This document shows, piece after piece, positions 56,098 through 64,000 of a stretch of DNA of 64,000 nucleotides. Every line of letters starts with the position of its first letter. Within the stretch, counting starts at the first letter, position 1. The stretch is taken from NCBI GenBank assembly GCA_003248805.1, contig QFQY01000014.1, positions 41,000 to 104,999 on the forward strand, in the 5' to 3' direction. Position numbers and translations under genes: made by a program. The notes beneath the pieces are model-generated. The model had not been told where the DNA came from and made no database searches. It saw only the letters and a list, made by a program, of their open reading frames with translations. The stretch is from Chelatococcus sp. Lineage in GTDB: Bacteria; Pseudomonadota; Alphaproteobacteria; Rhizobiales; Beijerinckiaceae.

Positions 56098-56445
56098 ATG
56101 ACCATCAAGCGCAGCATCAAGACGCCGATCCAGAACCGCATCGTCGAGACCGGCGGGCTCGTCTTCGTCGGCGGCGTCATTGCCGACGACACCAGCAAGA
56201 CCATGGGGCCGCAGACCGAGAACATCCTCGGCAAGATCGAGGGCTATCTCGGCGAGGTCGGGCTCGACCGCAAGGCGATCGTCGCCGCGCAGATCTACGT
56301 GACCGATCTCTCCCAGAAGAAGGAGATGGACGCGGCCTGGACCGGCTTCTTCGGGGACGACATGCCGACCCGCGCCACGGTCGGCGTCGCCGATCTCGGC
56401 GGCGGCGCCATGATCGAGGTCGTGGTCACCGCGTCGCGCGGCTGA
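56098..56445 (+). CDS. RidA/YjgF-family reactive enamine/imine deaminase
   Basis: 115 aa. …GLVFVGGVIADD…ENILGKIEGYL…AAQIYVTDL…MPTRATVGVADL…IEVVVTA. Confidence 0.85.
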   Translation: MTIKRSIKTPIQNRIVETGGLVFVGGVIADDTSKTMGPQTENILGKIEGYLGEVGLDRKAIVAAQIYVTDLSQKKEMDAAWTGFFGDDMPTRATVGVADLGGGAMIEVVVTASRG

Positions 56446-58941
56446 TCAGGTGCCGCGCGGCTTCGCCCGGGTCGTGGGCGGAGCCGCTGCCGGATCGTCC
56501 GGCCAGGGGTGGCGCGGATAGCGCCCCTTCATCTCGGATTTCACCGCCGCCCAGGACCCCCGCCAGAAGCCCGGCAGGTCGCGCGTGACCTGGATCGGGC
56601 GATGCGCCGGCGACAGCAACTCCAGCACCAGCGGCACACGACCGCCGGCGAGCGCCGGATGGGTCGAGAGCCCGTAGAGCTCCTGCACCCGGACCGAGAT
56701 CGTCGGCCCCGCCTCGGCGGCATAGTCCACTGCGAGCGAGGAGCCGGTCGGCGCGGTGAAATGCGTCGGCGCCTCGGTCTCCAGCCGTCGTTTCATCTCC
56801 CACGGGATCAGGCTCGCGAGCGCGCCGTCGAGGTCGCCCGGCTCGATCGCCGCAAGCGAGGCCCGGCCCAGGATATGCGGCGCGAGCCAGATGTCCGGGT
56901 TGCGCGCCAGTCCCTCGTCGGAGAGGTCCGGCCAATCGGCTTCCGGCTCCGCCCGGCGCAGGAAGGCGATGCGCTCGCGCAACTGGCTTTGCCCCCGCGT
57001 CCAGGGCAGCAGGCCGATGCCGAGGCCGGCTATCCCGCGCGCCAGCACCTCGGCGTTCTCCGGGCTCGCCTCGACGGGCAGCGGGCGTTCCGACAGGGTG
57101 AGCGCGCCGAAGCGCCGCGCCGCCCGGGCCCGGAGCGCGCGCGCGGCACGGTCGAACACTGCTTCCGCCGTCTCTAAGATCGGAAACGGCGCCAGACCCT
57201 GTGCGACGAGCGCGGCAATCTCGGTCTCGGCGATCGCGGCGCCGGCCATGATCCGTGCCTGCTGGGCCGAGCCGGTCATCTCCGCCACGACGATGAGGGA
57301 CTCGCGCGCGAGTCGTTGGCCGGGTTCGAGTGCCGCGCCGCGTCCATTGGCGAGGAGAAACTGGCCGGAACCGGGGTTGCGCGCCTTGGCCACGCGGTCG
57401 GGATAGGCAAAGGCGAGCATCAGGCCGGGCGAGAGCGGCTGCCGGGATATGACGGGAACGGCTTGCGCCGCCATACGCGCCCAGCCCTCGGCGAGGCGGC
57501 GCATATCGGCGGCGCGGCCGCCGCGCTCGCGCGCGAAGCGCTCGAGCCGCTCCGCCAGATCTATCGCATCCCCGCCGAGCCCGCGCTCGACCATCAGGGC
57601 CGCGAGCATCGCGGCGGGCTCCGCCTCGCCGAAGCGCGCGGCCGCGACGACCATCCGCGCCAGGCGCGGCGGCAAGGGCAGGCCGCGCAGGACGCGCCCC
57701 TCCGGCGTGATGCGACCCTCTTCGTCGAAGGCGCCGATGCCGGCGAGCAGGGCGCGCGCCTCCTTGACGGCGGGAGCCGGCGGCGGATCGAGAAAGGCGA
57801 GACGGGCGGGATCGGACACGCCCCAGGCGGCGCAGTCGAGCAGCAGTCCCGAGAGATCGGCGGAGAGGATCTCGGGCCGGGCGAAGGCCTCGAGCGCGCC
57901 GGTCGCGGCCTCCTCCCAGAGCCGGTAGCAGATACCTGGCTCGGTGCGCCCCGCGCGGCCCCGGCGCTGATCGGCCGCCGCGCGGCTGACGCGGCGCGTC
58001 TCCAGCCGGGTGATGCCGATATCCGGCTCGTAGACCGGCACGCGTGCGAGGCCGGAATCGATCACGACACGCACGCCCTCGATCGTCAGCGAGGTTTCCG
58101 CGATGGCGGTCGCCAGCACGACCTTGCGGCGGCCGGGCGGGGCGGGCAGCACGGCGCGATCCTGCTCGGCCTGATCGAGCGCGCCGTAAAGCGGCGCGAT
58201 CTCGACGGAGGCGTCGCGGATGCGCTCGCGCAGCCTTTCCTCGACGCGCCTGATCTCGCCCTGACCGGGCAGGAAGACGAGGAGAGAGCCGGCCTGCTCC
58301 GCGAGCGCGAGAAGAACGGTGTCCGTGACCTGATCCTCGATCCGCTTCAGCGGGTCGCGGCCGCGATAGCGCGTCTCGACCGGAAAGGAACGGCCCTCGC
58401 TGGCGATCAGCGGGGCGTCGCCGAGCAATTTGCCCACGCGCGCGCCGTCGAGCGTCGCCGACATCACCAGGATGCGCAGGTCCTCGCGCAGGCCGCCCTG
58501 TGCGTCGAGCGCCAGCGCCAGCCCGAAATCGGCGTCGAGCGAACGCTCGTGGAATTCGTCGAAGAGCACGGCGGCGATGCCGTCGAGCGCGGGATCGTCG
58601 AGGATCATCCGGGCGAAGACGCCCTCGGTGACGACCTCGATGCGCGTGCGCGGCCCCACTTTGGAGCCGAGCCGAACGCGCAGGCCGACCGTCTCGCCCA
58701 CGCGCTCGCCCAGCGTCTGCGCCATGCGGGCCGCCGCGCCGCGCGCGGCCAGCCGGCGCGGCTCCAGCAGGATGAGCTTCTTTCCACCCGTCCAGGCCTC
58801 GTCCAGCAAGGCGAGCGGCACGCGCGTCGTCTTGCCTGCGCCGGGCGGAGCGACGAGCACGGCATTCGACTGCCCGGCCAGCGCGGCGCAGAGCTCGCCG
58901 AGCACGGCGTCGATCGGCAAAGCGGTGTCGAAGGAGCGCAT
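56446..58941 (-). CDS. hrpB: ATP-dependent RNA helicase HrpB (DEAH box)
   Basis: The 3' 831 codons of track ORF 56446..61218. Starts MRSFDTALPIDAVL…APPGAGKTT…LFDEFHERSL…VMSATLD…ATAIAETSLTIEGV…QRRGRAGR… with the C-terminal HrpB tail. Confidence 0.9.
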   Translation of the reverse strand: MRSFDTALPIDAVLGELCAALAGQSNAVLVAPPGAGKTTRVPLALLDEAWTGGKKLILLEPRRLAARGAAARMAQTLGERVGETVGLRVRLGSKVGPRTRIEVVTEGVFARMILDDPALDGIAAVLFDEFHERSLDADFGLALALDAQGGLREDLRILVMSATLDGARVGKLLGDAPLIASEGRSFPVETRYRGRDPLKRIEDQVTDTVLLALAEQAGSLLVFLPGQGEIRRVEERLRERIRDASVEIAPLYGALDQAEQDRAVLPAPPGRRKVVLATAIAETSLTIEGVRVVIDSGLARVPVYEPDIGITRLETRRVSRAAADQRRGRAGRTEPGICYRLWEEAATGALEAFARPEILSADLSGLLLDCAAWGVSDPARLAFLDPPPAPAVKEARALLAGIGAFDEEGRITPEGRVLRGLPLPPRLARMVVAAARFGEAEPAAMLAALMVERGLGGDAIDLAERLERFARERGGRAADMRRLAEGWARMAAQAVPVISRQPLSPGLMLAFAYPDRVAKARNPGSGQFLLANGRGAALEPGQRLARESLIVVAEMTGSAQQARIMAGAAIAETEIAALVAQGLAPFPILETAEAVFDRAARALRARAARRFGALTLSERPLPVEASPENAEVLARGIAGLGIGLLPWTRGQSQLRERIAFLRRAEPEADWPDLSDEGLARNPDIWLAPHILGRASLAAIEPGDLDGALASLIPWEMKRRLETEAPTHFTAPTGSSLAVDYAAEAGPTISVRVQELYGLSTHPALAGGRVPLVLELLSPAHRPIQVTRDLPGFWRGSWAAVKSEMKGRYPRHPWPDDPAAAPPTTRAKPRGT

Positions 58942-59136
58942 CGCGGGGGTGTGGCGCAGCCGCGCGCGCCACGCAAGCGGGGCTTGCTGGAACGAGTCTA
59001 AATGAGTGCTTTGGCCGCACTCGCGGCGCAGGGTTGCACCTGCTATAGGACCAGAATCCAGACGGCCTGCCGTCCCGGCCATGGCGCAGATTGGAGCCCG
59101 GTCGGCGGCGCCCGTTTCAAACGAAGCAGTTTCTCG

Positions 59137-60078
59137 ATGCATCTTACGATCGGCACAAGGCGCAGCCCGCTCGCCATGGCTCAGACCGAGCAGATCATGG
59201 CACTCATCCGGGCCAGGCATCCGCATGTCGAGTTCTCGCTCAAGCCGATCGCGACCATCGCCGACAAGGACCGGGTCTCCCACTTCCATCAGTTCGGCAT
59301 CATCGGCGTCTTCTCCACCGAGCATGAGGAGCAGCTCGTCTCGGGCGAGGTCGACATCGTCGTCCATTCGCTGAAGGATCTGCCGACGAAGCTGCGCGAC
59401 GGTCTCGTGCTGGCCGCCGTGCCGGGGCGCGAGGATCCGCGCGACATCCTCTGCGGGTCTCCCCTGGCCGAGCTGAAGCCCGGCGCCCGTGTCGGGACTG
59501 GGTCGCTCAGGCGGCGCGCGCAGCTGCTGGCGCTGACGCCGGGCGTCGAGATCGTGCCGATCCGCGGCAATATTGGCCCGCGCCTGGCCCGGACCGAGGG
59601 CGAGGACGGGCTCGACGCGGTGATCCTCGCCTGCGCCGGCCTGCAGCGCCTCGGCCTCAAGCCGGGCCACTCGGAAATCCTGGAGCCGGGACTGTTTCCA
59701 TACGCGGTCGGGCAGGGCGCTCTCGGCGTCCAGGCGCGCGCGGCCGACACGGAGATCCTCGCCATCCTGAAGGACATCGAGGACGCGAAGACGCGGGCGG
59801 AGGTCGATGCCGAACGGGCGATGCTGCATGCGCTCGGGGCGGGCTGCAGCCTGCCGGTCGGCACCAGCGCCCATTGGCGCGACGGCAAACTCGTGCTCAG
59901 CGGCCAGGTCACCTCGATCGACGGTCGCAAGCGCGTCGTCGAGGAGCTGGAAGGCTCTCCGGAAGAGGCGGCGCAGCTCGGCCTCGCCGTGGCGGATGCG
60001 CTGCGCGCCGCCGGAGGCGCCGCGATCCTCGAAGCCTCCTATGGCAATTTCGCCCATTTCAAGCTTCACGGACACTGA
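59137..60078 (+). CDS. hemC: Hydroxymethylbilane synthase (porphobilinogen deaminase)-family protein, divergent
   Basis: IGTRRSPLAMAQTE…VHSLKDLP…GTGSLRRRAQL…RGNIGPRL…AERAMLHALGAGCSLPVG (cofactor Cys). The usual T.GD and GGKGLF.KE motifs are replaced by TIAD and GIIGVFSTE. Confidence 0.75.
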   Translation: MHLTIGTRRSPLAMAQTEQIMALIRARHPHVEFSLKPIATIADKDRVSHFHQFGIIGVFSTEHEEQLVSGEVDIVVHSLKDLPTKLRDGLVLAAVPGREDPRDILCGSPLAELKPGARVGTGSLRRRAQLLALTPGVEIVPIRGNIGPRLARTEGEDGLDAVILACAGLQRLGLKPGHSEILEPGLFPYAVGQGALGVQARAADTEILAILKDIEDAKTRAEVDAERAMLHALGAGCSLPVGTSAHWRDGKLVLSGQVTSIDGRKRVVEELEGSPEEAAQLGLAVADALRAAGGAAILEASYGNFAHFKLHGH

Positions 60079-60144
60079 GCCCCGCGCCGCCGCCTTGGCG
60101 ACGCCTCTCGCCAAGCCGGCGTCCGGCATGCTAACCGCAAGCTC

Positions 60145-60990
60145 ATGACAGAGACCGGCCAGACCCGCATCGAGACCCGCTTCCAGTCCTGCGCCCGCGA
60201 GGGCCGGGCCGCACTGGTGACTTTCGTCACCGCAGGCGACCCCGACCTCGCCACCTCGCAGGCGATCCTGAACGCCCTGCCGGCGGCGGGGGCGGATGTG
60301 ATCGAGCTCGGCGTGCCGTTCACCGATCCGATGGCCGACGGCATCCCGGTCCAGCTCGCCGGCCAGCGCGCGCTCAAGGCGGGGCAGACGCTGAAGAAGA
60401 CTTTGGCGATGGTCGAGGCCTTCCGCGCCGCCGGCCACGATACGCCGATCGTGCTGATGGGCTACTACAACCCGATCTACGTCTACGGCGTCGAGCGCTT
60501 CCTCGCGGATGCGCGCCGGGTCGGCGTCGACGGGCTGATCGTCGTCGATCTGCCGCCGGAGGAAGATGCCGAGCTCTGCCTGCCGGCGCTCGCGGCGGGT
60601 ATCAGCTTCATCCGCCTCGCTACGCCTACGACCGACGACAAGCGCCTGCCCAAGGTGCTCGGGAACACGTCGGGCTTCGTCTATTACGTCTCGATGACCG
60701 GCGTCACCGGCGGCTCCATCGCGAATTACGACGCGGTCGGCGACGCGGTGGCGCGCATCAAGCGTCATACGCGCCTGCCCGTCGCGGTCGGATTCGGCGT
60801 CAAGACCGCGCAGGACGCCGTGGCGATCGCGCGCGGCGCGGACGGCGTCGTCGTCGGCTCGGCGCTCGTCGAGCGCGTCCGGCTCTCGCTCGATGCCGAG
60901 GGCAAGGCCACGGAAAAGACCGTTTCGGCGGTCACTTCGCTGGTGGCGGAACTCGCCGCCGGCGTCCGCTCCGTCGCGAAGGCCGCCTGA
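60145..60990 (+). CDS. trpA: Tryptophan synthase alpha chain
   Basis: 281 aa. …[12 protein letters not shown]…[21 protein letters not shown]…[10 protein letters not shown]…GFGV. Confidence 0.9.
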   Translation: MTETGQTRIETRFQSCAREGRAALVTFVTAGDPDLATSQAILNALPAAGADVIELGVPFTDPMADGIPVQLAGQRALKAGQTLKKTLAMVEAFRAAGHDTPIVLMGYYNPIYVYGVERFLADARRVGVDGLIVVDLPPEEDAELCLPALAAGISFIRLATPTTDDKRLPKVLGNTSGFVYYVSMTGVTGGSIANYDAVGDAVARIKRHTRLPVAVGFGVKTAQDAVAIARGADGVVVGSALVERVRLSLDAEGKATEKTVSAVTSLVAELAAGVRSVAKAA

Positions 60991-61078
60991 GCTCATTCCC
61001 GCATCGGCTTTTCCCGAAGACCGGTGCCACCGTTCGGGCCGATGCTCACAGGCTCCGGCGCAAGTCAGGAACGATCCG

Positions 61079-61978
<900 letters not shown>

Positions 61979-62009
61979 AACCGGGCGGCGGGCGGAGGTC
62001 CGGGACGAT

Positions 62010-63332
62010 ATGGGGTCTTCCGACACGCTGCTGGCGCGTTTCCTGGCGCTGCATCCCAAGCTGATCGACCTTTCGCTCGGGCGCATTCTCACCCTGCTCG
62101 AAAAGCTCGGCGATCCCCAGAAGCGCCTGCCGCCGGTGATCCACGTCGCGGGAACCAACGGCAAGGGCTCGACGATCGCCTTCATGCGGGCGATCCTGGA
62201 GGCGGCCGGGCTCAGGGTGCACGTCTACACCTCGCCGCATCTCGTGCGTTTCCATGAGCGCATCCGGCTCGGCGCGCCCGGGGGTGGGCGGTTCGTCGAC
62301 GAGGCGGCGCTCGTGGAGGCGCTGGAGCGTTGCGAGCGGGCCAATGACGGGGCGGCGATCACCTTCTTCGAGATCACCGGCGCCGCCGCCTTCCTGCTCT
62401 TCGCCGAGCACGAGGCCGATGTGCTGCTGCTCGAGGTCGGGCTCGGCGGCCGTTTCGACGCGACGAACGTCATCGACCATCCGGCCTGCGCGGTGGTGAC
62501 GCCGGTCTCGATGGACCATGCCGAGTATCTCGGCGACAGTGTCACCAAGATCGCGGGCGAAAAGGCGGGCATCTTCAAGCGCGGCGCGCCTGCCGTGATC
62601 GCGCCGCAGGAGCCGGAGCCGACCGCCGTGCTGGAAGCCGCCGCCGAGCGGGCCGGCGCCTCCAAGATTCTGGTCGGGGCGCAGGATTTCCATGTCCATG
62701 AGGCCGGCGGCCGGCTGGTCTACGAAGATCAGGACGGGCTTTTGGACCTGCCCCTGCCGAAGCTCGCGGGGCGCCACCAGCATGTCAATGCGGGCACGGC
62801 GATCGCGGCCCTGCGGGCCGCCGGCTATGGCGGCCTGCCCGCCAGCGCCTTCGAACAGGGGATGCTGAACGCGGACTGGCCCGCGCGGCTGCAGCGGCTG
62901 GCGCGCGGCAACCTGCTCGAGCTCCTGCCGCCGCGTGCGGAGCTCTGGCTCGACGGCGGGCACAACCCGGATGGCGGGCGCGTTCTCGCCCAGGCCATGG
63001 CCGATCTCGCCGACCGCAACCCGGCCCCGCTGGTGCTGGTTGCCGGCCTGCTGTCGACCAAGGATGCACGCGCCACGCTCGGCCATTTCAAGGGGCTGGC
63101 GCAGGGGCTCTTCGCCGTCCCGATCCACAACCAGCTCGCCGCACGCTCGGCCGAGGAGGTCGCGGCTATCGCTCGGGAGGCCGGACTGAAGGCCGAGGCC
63201 TCAGGCTCTGTCGAGCAGGCGTTGCGCGAGATCGCGGCGCGTGCCTGGCCGGCCCCGCCGCGCATCCTGATCTGCGGCTCGCTCTATCTCGCCGGAGAAG
63301 TGCTCGCCGCCAACGGCACGCCGCCGGTGTAG
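62010..63332 (+). CDS. folC: Bifunctional folylpolyglutamate synthase / dihydrofolate synthase
   Basis: 440 aa. …[12 protein letters not shown]…[14 protein letters not shown]…DGGHNPDG. Confidence 0.9.
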   Translation: MGSSDTLLARFLALHPKLIDLSLGRILTLLEKLGDPQKRLPPVIHVAGTNGKGSTIAFMRAILEAAGLRVHVYTSPHLVRFHERIRLGAPGGGRFVDEAALVEALERCERANDGAAITFFEITGAAAFLLFAEHEADVLLLEVGLGGRFDATNVIDHPACAVVTPVSMDHAEYLGDSVTKIAGEKAGIFKRGAPAVIAPQEPEPTAVLEAAAERAGASKILVGAQDFHVHEAGGRLVYEDQDGLLDLPLPKLAGRHQHVNAGTAIAALRAAGYGGLPASAFEQGMLNADWPARLQRLARGNLLELLPPRAELWLDGGHNPDGGRVLAQAMADLADRNPAPLVLVAGLLSTKDARATLGHFKGLAQGLFAVPIHNQLAARSAEEVAAIAREAGLKAEASGSVEQALREIAARAWPAPPRILICGSLYLAGEVLAANGTPPV

Positions 63333-63357
63333 GCGGCGACAACCTGAAGGGGACGCC

Positions 63358-64000
63358 ATGACGAGTTGGACCCGCAGGACCGTCTCCGCCATCGGGCAGG
63401 GCGGCTGGTATATCGAGCGCGGGCAGCGGCGCGAGGCGGTGGCGGCCCTGCGCCGCGGCCTCGACCTCGGGCTCACCCATATCGACACTGCCGAGATGTA
63501 TGGCGACGGGCGTTCGGAAGAGATCATCGGCGAGGCGATCTCGGAGCGGCGCGACGAGGTCTTCCTGGTGTCGAAGGTGCTGCCTCACAACGCCTCGCGG
63601 GCCGGCACCATCGCCGCCTGCGAGCGCTCCCTGCGCCGCCTCGGCACCGACCGGCTCGACGCCTACCTGCTGCACTGGCGCGGCGGATACCCGTTGGCCG
63701 AAACCTTCGCCGCCTTCGAGGCGCTGAAGCGGGACGGAAAGATCCTCTCCTGGGGCGTCAGCAATTTCGACGTCGACGATCTGGAGGAGGCGCTCGGCGT
63801 CGCCGGGGAGGGGGCCATCGCCTGCAACCAGGTGCTCTACCATCTCGGCGAGCGGGCGATCGAGCATGCGGTGCTGCCCTGGTGCGCGCGCCACGGCGTC
63901 GCGGTCACGGCCTACAGCCCGTTCGGGCATGACGATTTCCCGGAGCCGGCGAGCCCCGGCGGCGCGGTGCTGGGCGAGATCGCCGCCAGCCATGGCGCGA
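63358..64000 (+). CDS. Aldo/keto reductase (3' end outside window)
   Basis: It is absent from the ORF track because no stop is reached. ATG 63358 gives [20 protein letters not shown]…[23 protein letters not shown]…VSKV…LDAYLLHW…GVSNF. Confidence 0.8.
   Translation, partial: MTSWTRRTVSAIGQGGWYIERGQRREAVAALRRGLDLGLTHIDTAEMYGDGRSEEIIGEAISERRDEVFLVSKVLPHNASRAGTIAACERSLRRLGTDRLDAYLLHWRGGYPLAETFAAFEALKRDGKILSWGVSNFDVDDLEEALGVAGEGAIACNQVLYHLGERAIEHAVLPWCARHGVAVTAYSPFGHDDFPEPASPGGAVLGEIAASHGA

Noticed and set aside
56443-56448. The stop codons of convergent ridA and hrpB abut and form the palindrome TGATCA with zero intergenic bases.
   Set aside because: It is a curiosity only. No regulatory implication can be supported, and tight convergent packing is common in compact GC-rich genomes.

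Overview
GC-rich chromosomal segment that looks alphaproteobacterial (Rhizobiales-like). This is inferred from aroA-cmk and trpA-accD-folC synteny, a tRNA-Ala(GGC), and palindromic REP-like elements of the GTCATTGCGAGCG type. Gene density is high, and the six-frame track holds many long antisense ORFs that are GC artefacts.

Contents in order:
1. 1-25.2 kb: an organosulfur and amino-acid scavenging island. It holds a sulfonate-type ABC importer, copCD, five luciferase-like (LLM) and two NtaA/DszA-type flavin monooxygenases, a flavin reductase, two paralogous GNAT acetyltransferases, an M20 deacylase, a polar amino-acid ABC importer, an MSOX/MTOX oxidase, a CysK-like enzyme, a PatB C-S lyase, and CysB-like and GlxA regulators.
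2. 25.2-26.1 kb: a mobile-element scar.
3. 26.2-32.2 kb: a cobalamin riboswitch in front of a SAM methyltransferase and a Nik/Opp-type ABC importer.
4. 32.2-37 kb: housekeeping genes (tRNA-Ala, aroA, cmk).
5. 37.9-44.4 kb: a type I secretion operon (PrtD-type ABC and HlyD adaptor) behind two large non-RTX repeat proteins. One is an extreme Q/G- and N/G/A-rich protein. This is the best candidate for an undescribed system.
6. 46.9-56.4 kb: a LysR-controlled Pot-type ABC importer with a heteromeric flavin amine/opine-dehydrogenase-like set and RidA.
7. 56.4-64 kb: hrpB, hemC-like, trpA, accD, folC and a partial aldo/keto reductase.

All functional calls rest on reading the translations for family motifs. 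No database search was run.
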